DNA of 32,000 nt from Vibrio cholerae ATCC 14035. Its GTDB lineage: Bacteria > Pseudomonadota > Gammaproteobacteria > Enterobacterales > Vibrionaceae. The translations under genes were made by a program, and so were the position numbers. The stretch is from contig NZ_JHXR01000018.1 in assembly GCF_000621645.1 (NCBI RefSeq), forward strand, positions 30,001-62,000, written 5' to 3'. This document shows positions 1 to 10,279 of the stretch, one piece after another. The notes under the pieces are model-generated. The model saw only the letters and a program-made list of their open reading frames with translations, searched no databases and was not told the origin of the DNA. Positions within the stretch are counted from its first letter, which is position 1. Each line of letters starts with the position of its first letter.

Positions 1-440
1 ACGGGCACTGGTGCACCCTGCGTGTCGCGTAAGGCAAATCGTGCGACTTGCAAGGTATCCATCTGCCAAGAAAAACAGACCACTGCTCGAGACATGCTAG
101 TGAGCTCGAGCTGGCGAGCTAAACGCTCCGCGTCGGCAGCCTCATCGTCACTGTAATCCACAACAGCACGGCTAAGATAAGTTTGCTCAAACACGGTGAT
201 TTGCAGCAACGTCACCTGATGGTGCACTTCCCCTTGGAAAATCACCTCTTCGGTACTGCATCCAAGCAGGCAAGCTTGTGGATGGCGACTACGGATGAGC
301 CGCGCAAGCTGCACGACATGCTCGCGACTCAAAGGAGAGAAAATTTGCACTAAGATGGATTGCCCATGAGGAAGATCCATCGTTTCGAGCACCTGATTGG
401 CCGATGCTAAATCTGGGATGAGACGCGAGACCGTAAACAT
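1..440 (-). CDS. 5' part of a gene running off the left edge (about 146 N-terminal aa, product unidentified, possibly a sensory/signalling protein)
   Basis: Own minus-strand translation from ATG 440-438 gives [146 protein letters not shown]. It stays open to base 1, so it is absent from the ORF track (no stop in window). An in-frame stop lies upstream at 474-476. By V. cholerae synteny the gene after yigB is a GGDEF/EAL protein (VC0130), but no catalytic motif is visible here. Confidence 0.5.
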
Positions 441-549
441 AAAGAGCTGATAAGCCAGTGAAATGTTTAGGCATTATGCAATGCAATCGTTACCGCAGAC
501 TATACTCAATAACCATGCAATGTGATTTTTGTGACTCGATGTTATGCAC

Positions 550-1269
550 CTAGTTAACTATCAGAAGTAATTCCGAGAGACGCTCGATCTCCACGTCGGG
601 TAATACGCTCGCTTTGGCGAGCCGACGAATACTCTGCCCTTGATCGTTAAACCAGCAGGCTTGAAAACCATTTTGCCGCGCCCCTAGCACATCGGTTTGT
701 AAATGATCCCCGACATGCAAGATTGAACGGGGCTCAAGCTGAAGCTGTTGTGCTGCTTGTGCAAAGAGATCGGGATACGGTTTGGCACGGCCGTCTGGCC
801 CTGCGCGCAATACCGTTTGGAAATAGCCACTTAAACCAATTTTTTCTATCTGGACATTGCCATTGGTGATCGCAATCAGCGGCACTTTAGCCGCTAACTG
901 AGCCAACACCCGATGCGTTTCGGCAGGAACATCGACTTGATTACGCCAGCGCATCACTTGCTCAAGCGTCTCGCTCGCCGCTTGCTCCGCCTCTGGCTGC
1001 GCATAGCCTAATTCCAGTAAACCATGCTGCACCTGTAAATAACGCCATTGGCTCACATCATGGCACTGCTCCGGAAAGCGGCGCGCTATATCACGCTTCA
1101 TCGCCAGCCACCAAGCCAAAGGACGCGTCGCCGTAATGGGATGCTCACTTAACAACCACTCAGTGACTTTTTCCTCGACCTGTTTGATGACCGGACGGTT
1201 ATCGTAAAGGGTATCGTCCAAATCAAACGTCAGTGCTTGAATCGAAGCCAATGGGCGGTAAAACAGCAT
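550..1269 (-). CDS. yigB: HAD-superfamily phosphatase YigB (5-amino-6-(5-phospho-D-ribitylamino)uracil phosphatase family)
   Basis: 239 aa. The N-terminus [27 protein letters not shown] aligns closely with E. coli YigB ([27 protein letters not shown]), including HAD motif I DxDxT. It also has ITNGN and HVGD motifs. Position after xerC matches E. coli. Confidence 0.9.
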   Translation of the reverse strand: [239 protein letters not shown]

Positions 1270-1271
1270 GG

Positions 1272-2207
1272 TTAGTCATCCTTATTCTTTTTGCGCGCCC
1301 GAGGATGCGCTTGGTCATACACCTGAGCCAGATGTTGAAAATCGAGGTGGGTATAGATTTGCGTTGTCGCGATGTTCTCGTGCCCAAGTAGCTCCTGCAC
1401 CGCACGCAGGTTATTGCTCGATTCCAGCATATGGGTGGCAAACGAGTGGCGCAATTTATGTGGGCTGATATGACTGGCAACCGCCTGTTTTTGGCCCCAT
1501 TCGGCCATGCGTTTTTGCACACTACGGTGTGAAATACGGGTACCGAGTTTGGACACAAACAGCGCCGTTTCTGCGCTATCCGCCAATTGACTGCGCAATT
1601 TGAGCCATTTACCGACCCACTCTTGTGCCTGTCCAGCAAACCACACTTTGCGCTCTTTGTTGCCTTTACCGATGACGCGGATCTCACCTTCGCTTAGATT
1701 AACGTCTTTGATATCAATCGAAACTAGCTCAGCCAAACGTAAACCCGCGCCGTACATCAGCTCCATGATCGCCCGATCGCGAATCGAAAGCGGATCATCA
1801 TCGGTCACTTCCAGTAACTGCGCCATTTCATCAACATCGAGATTTTTCGGTAAAGTACGCTGCTTGCGCGGCGCAGAGACGCCTTTCGCAGGGTTAGCCT
1901 GAAGCTCGCCACGTAAAATCAGAAAATCCAGGAAACTGCGCAATGAAGACAAACGCGTCGCGATACTGCTGGCTTTCATCCCCTGCCTTTTCCCCTGCAT
2001 CACCAATTGACGCACCCACGCCGAATCAAGCTGTGTCCAGTGGGTGAGCCCAACCTGTACTAAGTACTGGGTCATGGTTTCCAACTGCTGCTTATAATTG
2101 CGCTGGGTATACAGGCTCAACCCTTTTTCCGTATGCAGGTAGGCGTAAAAACGCTCCAGCGGTTGAGCCAACGCATCAGGAAGCGGGGTGCGTTCGTCGT
2201 TCTTCAT
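1272..2207 (-). CDS. xerC: Tyrosine site-specific recombinase XerC
   Basis: 311 aa. C-terminal HKLRHSFATHMLESSNNLRAVQELLGHENIATTQIYTHLDFQHLAQVYDQAHPRA is nearly identical to E. coli XerC (R..HxxR..Y catalytic set). dapF-yigA-xerC-yigB synteny is conserved. Confidence 0.95.
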   Translation of the reverse strand: MKNDERTPLPDALAQPLERFYAYLHTEKGLSLYTQRNYKQQLETMTQYLVQVGLTHWTQLDSAWVRQLVMQGKRQGMKASSIATRLSSLRSFLDFLILRGELQANPAKGVSAPRKQRTLPKNLDVDEMAQLLEVTDDDPLSIRDRAIMELMYGAGLRLAELVSIDIKDVNLSEGEIRVIGKGNKERKVWFAGQAQEWVGKWLKLRSQLADSAETALFVSKLGTRISHRSVQKRMAEWGQKQAVASHISPHKLRHSFATHMLESSNNLRAVQELLGHENIATTQIYTHLDFQHLAQVYDQAHPRARKKNKDD

Positions 2208-2874
2208 CGTGTGACTGCCAAGGTAATGTCTCGATCAGATGAGCTAAGACTAACGCCAGATGGCGCAAAAACAAGGTATCCATACTCGGCTGAAAGTGGC
2301 CGCCATCTTCACTGGCGAAGGCCAAAATTCCCAACGGCGCTTGGCGCTGCAAAGGTAACACCACATACGAACCCATTTCTGGCGCGGGCCTATCCCCCAG
2401 CAGACGTTGCCGATCCGCTTGGCGTAAGCGACCTAAATAAGCCGATTTGCCATTAAAATGATTGGTCGCAAAGCGCTGCCAATCCTCACTGGCTAAACCG
2501 TATTTTTCATCATGACGCTGCAGCAGGCGCACGTAAGCACGCAGATTGAGTTCACGCGCTTTGGCTTCAATCGCGTGTAACACCGCTTGCAGCGACGAGC
2601 ATTTTAGAATCTGCTCTTGCAGATCCATAAACTCATGGAAAGTACGATCGTTATTTGCCGCGAGCGACATCAAGGCGGTGATCTCCTCTTCGAGAGAGTC
2701 TATCCGCTGGCGCTGACGCGCTAACTGCACATGAGCGAGCGATACCGCGCCCGTTTGGGTCGGTAAGGCTAAACGTTCGACCAGATGAGGATGATGCTGA
2801 AAAAAATCGGGATGTTCATAAAGATACTCTGCCACCACTTGGGCAGTCAGAGCATCCGCCGTTACCTGAGACAA
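2176..2874 (-). CDS. yigA: DUF484-family protein YigA
   Basis: 232 aa. It sits between dapF and xerC as in E. coli, and its 3' end overlaps the xerC start by 32 nt. It is similar in length and position to E. coli YigA. Function unknown. Confidence 0.85.
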   Translation of the reverse strand: MSQVTADALTAQVVAEYLYEHPDFFQHHPHLVERLALPTQTGAVSLAHVQLARQRQRIDSLEEEITALMSLAANNDRTFHEFMDLQEQILKCSSLQAVLHAIEAKARELNLRAYVRLLQRHDEKYGLASEDWQRFATNHFNGKSAYLGRLRQADRQRLLGDRPAPEMGSYVVLPLQRQAPLGILAFASEDGGHFQPSMDTLFLRHLALVLAHLIETLPWQSHDEERRTHPAS

Positions 2875-2887
2875 AATTGAACCTCAA

Positions 2888-3718
2888 TTAGCAAGAGATT
2901 TGGCCATCGTAGATATGAGTAGCCGGGCCTGTCATATACAGCGGTTTGCCGGGGCCTTGCCAGTGGATTTCCAGCTCACCACCGGGAAGATGGACACGAA
3001 CTTGCTCATCCAGTAAACCTTGCAAAATGCCTACCGCAACCGCGGCGCACGCGCCACTGCCACAAGCTTGAGTTTCGCCCGCACCACGTTCATACACGCG
3101 CAAATTGATCTCATCACGGCTCACGACCTGCATAAAACCGGCGTTGACGCGCTCAGGGAAACGCTCGTGCGATTCCAAAAGCGGCCCTAAGGTTTCTACC
3201 GCAGCAGTGCGGATATCGTCCACCACAGTCACTACATGCGGGTTGCCCATACTCACCGCGCCGCAAAACAAGGTGTGTTCACCGACACGCAGAATGTAGG
3301 TTTTTTCGCTCTGTTTGGCGCGAAATGGGATCTTGTTCGGCTCAAACTCCGGCACACCCATGTTCACGGTGATCAGATCTTCCTCTTCCACATTGAGTAC
3401 CATTTTGCCTTTCTTGGTACTGACATGGATGGTGTACTTGTTGGTTAACCCTTTCATGCGTACAAAACGGGCAAAACAGCGCGCGCCATTGCCACACTGC
3501 TCCACTTCGCTGCCATCGGCATTGAAAATGCGGTAATGGAAATCCGATTCTGGATCGTAAGGCGCTTCAACCACCAACAATTGATCAAAGCCGACTCCCG
3601 TATGGCGATCCGCCAGACGGCGGATCAATTCCGGAGAGAAGAAGACGTTTTGGGTAATACAGTCCACGACCATAAAGTCGTTGCCCAAACCGTGCATTTT
3701 AGAAAAATGGAAATGCAT
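2888..3718 (-). CDS. dapF: Diaminopimelate epimerase
   Basis: Start trimmed to ATG at 3718 ([19 protein letters not shown] versus E. coli [17 protein letters not shown]), giving 276 aa. Both catalytic Cys contexts are present ([16 protein letters not shown]). The 290-aa track ORF would overlap lysA. Confidence 0.95.
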
Positions 3719-3729
3719 AGAAGATAACT

Positions 3730-4983
3730 TTACTCCGGTAATACCGATTCTAACGCCCACAAGCTGCTAAGCTCTTCACGCTGACGCACCAAATAGGTTT
3801 TATTGCCATCAACCATGACTTCAGCCACTCGCGGACGGGTATTGTAATTCGACGACATGGTAAACCCATACGCACCAGAAGAGCGCACCGCCAGTAAATC
3901 CCCCTCTTGCAACACTAAGTCGCGATCTTTCCCTAGGAAATCACTGGTTTCACACACCGGGCCAACCAAATCATAAGTTTGGGCTTCGCCTTGGCGCGGA
4001 CGCAGTGGAATGATGTCTTGCCACGCTTGGTATAGCGCCGGGCGGATCAAATCGTTCATCGCCGCATCAATGATCGCGAAGTTTTTGTGCTCAGTGTGTT
4101 TGAGAAACTCCACCTTAGTCACCAATACTCCCGCGTTAGCCGCAATCGCGCGTCCCGGTTCAAAAATCAGCTCTAAATCGCGGTGGCGCTCTAGGCGGTC
4201 CAGCAATGCTTTGGCGTATTCCGAAGGCTGCGGAGGCAGTTCATCACGATAAACCACCCCTAAACCACCGCCGACATCCAAGTGGCGGATATGAATGCCT
4301 TCCGCTTTCAGCGAATCAATCAGTGCCAGTAAACGGTCAGTCGCATCAATAAACGGTGCGAGAGCGGTTAGCTGTGAGCCGATATGGCAGTCAATACCAT
4401 GTACATCGAGGTTGGGTAAGCTGTGCGCTAAGCGATATACCTGCGCTGCGCGGTCAAAGGTGATACCAAATTTGTTATCACGTAGACCCGTTGAAATGTA
4501 AGGGTGAGTTTTGGCATCCACATCAGGATTGATGCGCAGTGAAATCGGCGCTTTAACACCAAGCTCGCCAGCCACTTTATTCAGGCGCTGCAGCTCAGGC
4601 TCCGATTCCACGTTAAAGCATTTGATCTTCAATTGCAGGGCGCGCTTCATCTCAGCTTCGGTTTTACCCACACCAGAGAATACCACCTTGCTTGGGTCAC
4701 CACCGGCGGCCAATACACGCTCTAATTCGCCAACGGAGACGATATCAAAACCTGAACCCAAACGAGCTAAAGTATTCAATACCCCTAAGTTAGAGTTGGC
4801 TTTCACCGCATAACAAATTAGGTGAGGATAATCACCGACTGATTTATCAAACGCGTGCCAATGGCGCTCAAGTGTCGCTCTTGAGTAAACATAAAGCGGT
4901 GTACCGTACTGGTTTGCCAAATCGGCGAGTGGAACTTGCTCAGCCCACAACTGACCATCTTCCTGATAATTGAAGTAATCCAA
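3730..4983 (-). CDS. lysA: Diaminopimelate decarboxylase
   Basis: 417 aa. It has the PLP-dependent fold-III decarboxylase signature (YAVKANSN with the PLP lysine, GGGLGV, CETSD) and end-to-end LysA-like sequence. Confidence 0.95.
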
Positions 4984-5015
4984 AATGCTTTCCCTTTTAT
5001 TCTTAGTAGCGTGAT

Positions 5016-5132
5016 TTACTGACTTTGCTCACTTTGTTTTGCATCATCAGGCATATACAGTGGCCCAGTTTGCCCGCATCCCGCTAACGCGAGAGCCGAC
5101 AACAAAAACAGTGCAGTGAATTTCTTTTTCAT
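5016..5132 (-). CDS. lptM: Small lipoprotein LptM/YifL
   Basis: The 38-aa reading MKKKFTALFLLSALALAGCGQTGPLYMPDDAKQSEQSQ has a lipobox LAGC followed by GPLYMP, matching E. coli YifL (LTGCGLKGPLYFP). Position between cyaY and lysA/dapF is conserved. The 71-aa track ORF is an upstream extension. Confidence 0.75.
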   Translation of the reverse strand: MKKKFTALFLLSALALAGCGQTGPLYMPDDAKQSEQSQ

Positions 5133-5207
5133 TTTGCATATCGTGCTTATTGAATCAATGCCCCCTATAATCGCACCACGATTAGGAAAAGCAATAGGAT
5201 AGATAGG

Positions 5208-5522
5208 ATGAACGAAACTGAATTTCATCAACTCGTCGATAGCCAGCTAGAGCGTATAGAGGCCGCGATTGATGAGGCCGGCGCGGATATCGACTACGAA
5301 ACGTCAGGCAATGTGATGACACTCGAGTTTGATGATGGCAGCCAAATCATCATTAACCGCCAAGAACCGATGCGTGAAATCTGGCTGGCCTCCAAATCAG
5401 GTGGCTACCATTTCAAATCGATTGATGGCGAATGGATCTGTTCAAAAACTGGGCTTGAGCTGCTCACTCTGCTCAAGCAAGAGTGTGATAAGCACGCCGA
5501 TGAGCCGATTGATTGGGTTTAA
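5208..5522 (+). CDS. cyaY: Frataxin-like iron-sulfur cluster assembly protein CyaY
   Basis: 104 aa, MNETEFHQLVDSQLERIEAAIDEAGADIDYE...INRQEPMREIWLASKSGGYHF. This is the typical CyaY sequence, located next to cyaA as in enterobacteria. Confidence 0.9.
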   Translation: MNETEFHQLVDSQLERIEAAIDEAGADIDYETSGNVMTLEFDDGSQIIINRQEPMREIWLASKSGGYHFKSIDGEWICSKTGLELLTLLKQECDKHADEPIDWV

Positions 5523-5562
5523 GCACGAAAGTCGCTTAGGCATGCTGCCACTGACGCATAAT

Positions 5563-5590
5563 AAAAAAGAGCACGATTGTGCTCTTTTTT
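5563..5590. terminator. Bidirectional intrinsic terminator between convergent cyaY and cyaA
   Basis: AAAAAA-GAGCAC-gatt-GTGCTC-TTTTTT: a 6-bp stem (5569-5574/5579-5584) flanked by an A6 run and a T6 run. Confidence 0.7.
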
Positions 5591-5627
5591 ATTGATAAGG
5601 ATTTAGAAAACCTGAGACGTCAACGAG

Positions 5628-8159
5628 TTAGGCATTGACCACTTGCGAAGGCTTGGAATACACAGCGCTGTCGTTACGGTACGGCACCACGTACGTTTCT
5701 CCCTCTTCAGGGTGGATGATTTGGTAATACTGCGGCAAGTTAAAATTGATGCTTTTCGCGCCGAGTTTATTGCTGTCATCCAACATCGAGGTGTAGAAGC
5801 TGTTGACGCTGGCAATCATTTCGTCTTTTTCGCCATTAAACTGGTGATAGACTTCAACGCGGTTGGCCTCATCAAGCACATAGATGTTGAAACCTTTCTC
5901 GGTATCTTCAAAGAAGAACTGCACCAAACCTTCACTGGCAAAACTATCCACCACCGCTGGCAATGGGTAATCTTGATCGCGATCGAGCATCAGTAAAGGC
6001 GAGCCCTTGAGCTTATTGGTTGAGATGCTGCGATAGAAATCAACCGAGTTCTCCAACTTCTGAACCGAAACACCACGACGTTCAAAGAACAAACCATACA
6101 TCTGATCGCCCATGCGCAGCGCTTTGAAACGACGACGTTTCTCTTGCTCCATCGGCTTGAGGCGCAAATCGATACACTCAGCCAACAGTTGATAAACCAA
6201 GTTACGCATCACGCCGCGCAAGTTTTTGCTGTAGCAGAACACATCCACCGATTCTGGCGGCAGCGCATCCTGATGCATTTTTCCAAGCACGGTTTTCAAC
6301 GCATCAAGCATGGCCGTCTGGCCTTCAAAATGCAGGGTACGCACTTCTTGCCACGAGTTGCGATACACCAAATCGACACTGCCGACTAAGCATTTCTGCT
6401 CAGCACCAAAACTAAAAATATCGATATTTTTCAGGTCGACTTTCAGCGCTTTCCCACTCAATTCACTGGTTGGGTCGTGTTCAAAATTGATGAACATGGC
6501 AAGCTGGCTAATCTCACAAGGATTGGCCAGCGCTTGCATAGTAGGGCGACGCTTACGCAGCGAAAAGGTATTACGCAGATCGCTGACCATTTGGTAGAAC
6601 TTGTCGATGTCCAGCTGCGCTTCACGCACCACCGCATGCAAACGAGTCGACTCAGTGATCAGGCCATTAAAAAAGGCCCAAGCCACCAATTTACTCAAGT
6701 ATTCGTTGTGCTCAAGATACGGCTGACCAATCAAGCGCTGCGCCTGCAGCGGCTGCTTGTAGAGATACCAACCGGGCTTATTGGTGCGTCCAGCACAAAC
6801 CTCAATAAAACTTAAATCGGGCTCATGCAGGTCTGGGGAAATTTGTGGGTTGAGCAGTGTGACTTTCCCCGGCAGCACTTCAAACGCCGCGTACAGTTTA
6901 CGCGCCAAAATCGAGATATCTTGTGGGCTAATGGCCGAGGTGATGTCATTACGACGCGCAAACTGGATCAGGTTACGATAGCTGAGCATCAAGGCATCAA
7001 GCAGTGCGTGGTGCACGACCTTCACTTGCTCGACTTTCCAGTGACGACGGTTATCGAGCTCGGCAATCAAATCTGCGCTCCATTGCCATTCGCTGGTCAG
7101 TTCCCGTAACGCTTCACGACGCCAAGGCATCGAGCCGACGCCCGGCTCACGCGACAACTTCTCATGGGTTTTGAGATAGAAACAGCGGCGCACTAAATCA
7201 AGGCGCGTGCTATCACCAATTCGCACCAAATAGCGCGTCACTTTCTCTAACATCTGATAGTAAGAGTCCATGCCGTACAGATCCGGTTCATCGGCAAAGA
7301 AACGGCGTTTGCTGTCGATACTCAACAGTTGAGTGTGCGGGTACTCCCACGAATAGGCTTCAAGCAAAATGGCTTTCAGTACCGATTTATAAGGCGAGTC
7401 AATGCTCTTATACAGTTGCCACAAGTTCGCGCCAAAGTACTCTTCAGCCGGAATGCGGTTTAACTTGCCAAAATCGATCCATTCATTGCAGTTCAAATAC
7501 CCATTTGAACAGAGCTCGTGAACATATTCGTCGTAGCACTCTTCCATTTCTGGTGGCACGATTTGCCACAGCAGTCGCTTGCCCGCTAAGCGCACCGCAG
7601 AGCGATAAAACTCATCCAATAATAATAAGTGCTGTGATGAACCACAGTTTTCACCGCTTAACGCTTCGGAATGGTTATGGCGAAAACGCTCTTCATTCAT
7701 GATGAAGAAATTGGCTTCAACACCCTGACTTTTCGCCCAATCGGTAATGAGCAGACATTTACTGGAGAGGTTGTCGCGCGCCTCACAACTCATTTGAGCA
7801 GAGACACAGACCCAAATATCCAGATCGCTCGATGTGCTTTGACCGATCGATGAGGTACTGCCCATCGTATACAAGCCTAAAATCGCCGGATTGTCAGCTG
7901 GCGTTAACGGCTCGCCGAGCGTCAACTGAGCATCATCGATGAATTGCTGCTGGATAGGATTGGCTTCAAACAGATGGATACCGAAAGGCGTATCAGCAGA
8001 AAAATAACCGGGGATCAGAGGATGATTAAATTGAAATAGTGCGGGAATGAGGTGGAAAACACGTTGACTTTGCAAATCCATAAGAGCCAGCGCACGCTCA
8101 ATACGTTGCCGGTTTAGCTTATCAAGTCTATGGATTAAGGTCTGAGTATAAGCCTGCAA
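5628..8159 (-). CDS. cyaA: Class I adenylate cyclase
   Basis: Homology to E. coli CyaA begins at LQAYTQTLIHRLDKLNRQRIERALALM (E. coli [27 protein letters not shown]). TTG at 8159-8157 is preceded by AGGGAAG 6 nt upstream, and E. coli cyaA also starts at UUG. This gives 843 aa versus 848 in E. coli. The track ORF (885 aa, to 8285) is over-extended. Confidence 0.95.
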   Translation of the reverse strand: MQAYTQTLIHRLDKLNRQRIERALALMDLQSQRVFHLIPALFQFNHPLIPGYFSADTPFGIHLFEANPIQQQFIDDAQLTLGEPLTPADNPAILGLYTMGSTSSIGQSTSSDLDIWVCVSAQMSCEARDNLSSKCLLITDWAKSQGVEANFFIMNEERFRHNHSEALSGENCGSSQHLLLLDEFYRSAVRLAGKRLLWQIVPPEMEECYDEYVHELCSNGYLNCNEWIDFGKLNRIPAEEYFGANLWQLYKSIDSPYKSVLKAILLEAYSWEYPHTQLLSIDSKRRFFADEPDLYGMDSYYQMLEKVTRYLVRIGDSTRLDLVRRCFYLKTHEKLSREPGVGSMPWRREALRELTSEWQWSADLIAELDNRRHWKVEQVKVVHHALLDALMLSYRNLIQFARRNDITSAISPQDISILARKLYAAFEVLPGKVTLLNPQISPDLHEPDLSFIEVCAGRTNKPGWYLYKQPLQAQRLIGQPYLEHNEYLSKLVAWAFFNGLITESTRLHAVVREAQLDIDKFYQMVSDLRNTFSLRKRRPTMQALANPCEISQLAMFINFEHDPTSELSGKALKVDLKNIDIFSFGAEQKCLVGSVDLVYRNSWQEVRTLHFEGQTAMLDALKTVLGKMHQDALPPESVDVFCYSKNLRGVMRNLVYQLLAECIDLRLKPMEQEKRRRFKALRMGDQMYGLFFERRGVSVQKLENSVDFYRSISTNKLKGSPLLMLDRDQDYPLPAVVDSFASEGLVQFFFEDTEKGFNIYVLDEANRVEVYHQFNGEKDEMIASVNSFYTSMLDDSNKLGAKSINFNLPQYYQIIHPEEGETYVVPYRNDSAVYSKPSQVVNA

Positions 8160-8376
8160 GTTTGCTTCCCTGATATGACAGATAAAAGCCGCTTTTTGGT
8201 TATGTTTTACGCGACCATGCCAACAAAACGTGATCAATCTAACACTTCTTTCCGGTTTGGTAAAGCGCTCTTGGAAGCACATCACACCAAACTAAACACT
8301 TATCAACACAAAACAGCATAAATGATTACAGTGTTGTTGCAAATTGCCGTTTTGTAAGTATCGCCAAGATAATAAA

Positions 8377-8392
8377 TGCGAGTCGAATCACA
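8377..8392. promoter_or_regulatory. Candidate CRP site in the cyaA-hemC divergent spacer
   Basis: TGCGA-gtcgaa-TCACA matches TGTGA-N6-TCACA with 1 mismatch. E. coli cyaA is known to be CRP-repressed. This is a single site and unverified. Confidence 0.3.
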
Positions 8393-8515
8393 CAATCAAG
8401 CGGGAAAACGACATTCTTCTGCGCAAAATCGTTCCGACTCGAACTAGTTGTAAGCATTTTAAGCCCCAAGTGATAGGATTAGGCGATTTTAAAACAGATG
8501 GATAGGAACATCATA

Positions 8516-9451
8516 ATGACCGAGACGCCGATTCGCATTGCAACCCGCCAGAGTCCACTGGCTTTGTGGCAAGCCAACTATGTTAAAGACGCCTTAATGG
8601 CAGCCCACCCCGGACTGCAGGTGGAGTTGGTGACTATGGTCACGCGCGGCGATGTGATTCTGGATACTCCACTGGCTAAAGTGGGCGGTAAAGGCTTATT
8701 CGTGAAAGAGCTGGAAATTGCCATGCTCGAAGGGCGCGCCGATTTAGCCGTGCATTCAATGAAAGATGTTCCGGTCGATTTCCCTGACGGTCTGGGCTTA
8801 GTCACCATCTGCGAACGGGAAGATCCGCGTGATGCGTTTGTCTCAAATACCTACGCCAAGATTGAAGATCTGCCCTCGGGCGCTATCGTCGGTACCTGCA
8901 GTTTACGCCGTCAATGCCAACTCAAAGCGGCACGGCCAGATTTAGTGATTAAAGAGCTGCGCGGCAACGTGGGGACTCGCCTAAGTAAGCTTGATGCGGG
9001 CGAATACGATGCCATCATTTTAGCGGCAGCAGGCCTAAAACGCCTTGAGCTCGAAAGCCGTATTCGTAGCTTTATTGAACCGGAACAGTCCCTACCTGCA
9101 GTTGGCCAAGGTGCCGTTGGTATTGAATGTCGCGTGAATGATCAACGCGTGCGCGCCCTACTCGCACCTCTTAACCATGCTGATACCGCCGATCGAGTGC
9201 GCTGCGAACGCGCGATGAATCTCACGTTACAAGGTGGCTGTCAGGTGCCGATTGGTAGCTATGCACTGCTGGAGGGTGACACTATTTGGCTACGCGCTCT
9301 TGTGGGTGAACCCGATGGTTCGCAAATCGTGCGCGGCGAAATTCGCGGACCTCGCACACAAGCTGAGCAACTTGGCATCACGCTGGCTGAGCAACTGCTT
9401 AGCCAAGGAGCCAAAGAGATCTTGGAGCGTCTCTACTGTGACCACGAATAA
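8516..9451 (+). CDS. hemC: Porphobilinogen deaminase (hydroxymethylbilane synthase)
   Basis: [34 protein letters not shown]... aligns closely with E. coli HemC throughout. The start at 8516 follows AGGAA; the upstream ATG at 8498 lacks an SD. Confidence 0.95.
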   Translation: MTETPIRIATRQSPLALWQANYVKDALMAAHPGLQVELVTMVTRGDVILDTPLAKVGGKGLFVKELEIAMLEGRADLAVHSMKDVPVDFPDGLGLVTICEREDPRDAFVSNTYAKIEDLPSGAIVGTCSLRRQCQLKAARPDLVIKELRGNVGTRLSKLDAGEYDAIILAAAGLKRLELESRIRSFIEPEQSLPAVGQGAVGIECRVNDQRVRALLAPLNHADTADRVRCERAMNLTLQGGCQVPIGSYALLEGDTIWLRALVGEPDGSQIVRGEIRGPRTQAEQLGITLAEQLLSQGAKEILERLYCDHE

Positions 9452-9511
9452 TGGTAAGCCTATGTCCGCACGCATAGACTGATTGCTTATCTCGCATTGA
9501 TTGAGAGTGTT

Positions 9512-10279
9512 ATGACAGTACTGGTCACTCGTCCTGATGAACAAGGCGCAGAGCTGTGCCAGCTGCTGCACCAGCAGGGCATCCCCGCCCTGCACCATCC
9601 GCTACTCGCCATCTCTGCCAGCCCTCAACTTGCTGCGCTGGCAGAAGATTTATCTTCATTCGATATCATCATTGCCGTCAGTCAACATGCCGTCATCTTC
9701 AGTGACCAATTTCTGCAACATCGCCGAATTTGTTGGCCAAATAACGCTATTTACCTTGCCGTTGGTCAAAAAACCGCGCATGTTTTCAGCAAAGCCTGCC
9801 AACAATCAGTAGACTATCCAGAAATAAGCGATAGTGAACATCTGCTGGCACTCAGTATGCTGCGTGATGTCGCAGGTAAGAAGGTATTGATCTTACGTGG
9901 TAATGGTGGTCGTGAGCTGATTTATTCCACCTTAGTGGAAAGAGGAGCGACTGTGCGCTATCAAGAAGCGTATTGTCGGCACGAGCGGCCATTTGCCGCC
10001 GCCGAGTGTGTCCAAAAATGGCAGTTGGCGAAGGTCGACTCACTGGTGATCACCAGCAGTGAGCAGTTGGCTTTTTTTATCCGTCAGTTCGAGACATCAC
10101 ACTTGCCATGGGTGCAGCAGTTAACTTTGCTCGTACCCAGCCAACGGATTGCCACTCTCGCCCACCAACTAGGATTTCATCGCATCGTGGTCACGCTAAG
10201 TGCTGCTAATCGCGATTTAGTCGCGGCATTGATGCCCGAAAAACCAACAGGAACTCTGAGCAATGACCAACAACAATAA
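9512..10279 (+). CDS. hemD: Uroporphyrinogen-III synthase
   Basis: MTVLVTRPDEQGAELC... matches E. coli MSILVTRPSPAGEEL, and LILRGNGGRELI is conserved. ATG 9512 is preceded by GAGAG. The track start at 9497 is a TTG. Confidence 0.9.
   Translation: MTVLVTRPDEQGAELCQLLHQQGIPALHHPLLAISASPQLAALAEDLSSFDIIIAVSQHAVIFSDQFLQHRRICWPNNAIYLAVGQKTAHVFSKACQQSVDYPEISDSEHLLALSMLRDVAGKKVLILRGNGGRELIYSTLVERGATVRYQEAYCRHERPFAAAECVQKWQLAKVDSLVITSSEQLAFFIRQFETSHLPWVQQLTLLVPSQRIATLAHQLGFHRIVVTLSAANRDLVAALMPEKPTGTLSNDQQQ

Noticed and set aside
289-486. 65-aa track ORF on the minus strand at the left edge
   Set aside because: It is in a different frame from the much longer open frame (440 to 1, open to the window edge) that has protein-like composition. 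The 65-aa product is low-complexity (Ser/Ala/Cys-rich) and unrecognisable.
1272-2207. A tyrosine recombinase as a possible marker of an integrated mobile element
   Set aside because: The sequence and the dapF-yigA-xerC-yigB context identify it as housekeeping XerC. There are no flanking att-like repeats, tRNA, phage or transposase genes, or compositional shift.
8300-8308. Isolated DnaA-like box TTATCAACA (8/9) in the cyaA-hemC spacer
   Set aside because: It is a single one-mismatch site, and such sites are expected about once per 4.7 kb by chance. There is no clustering.
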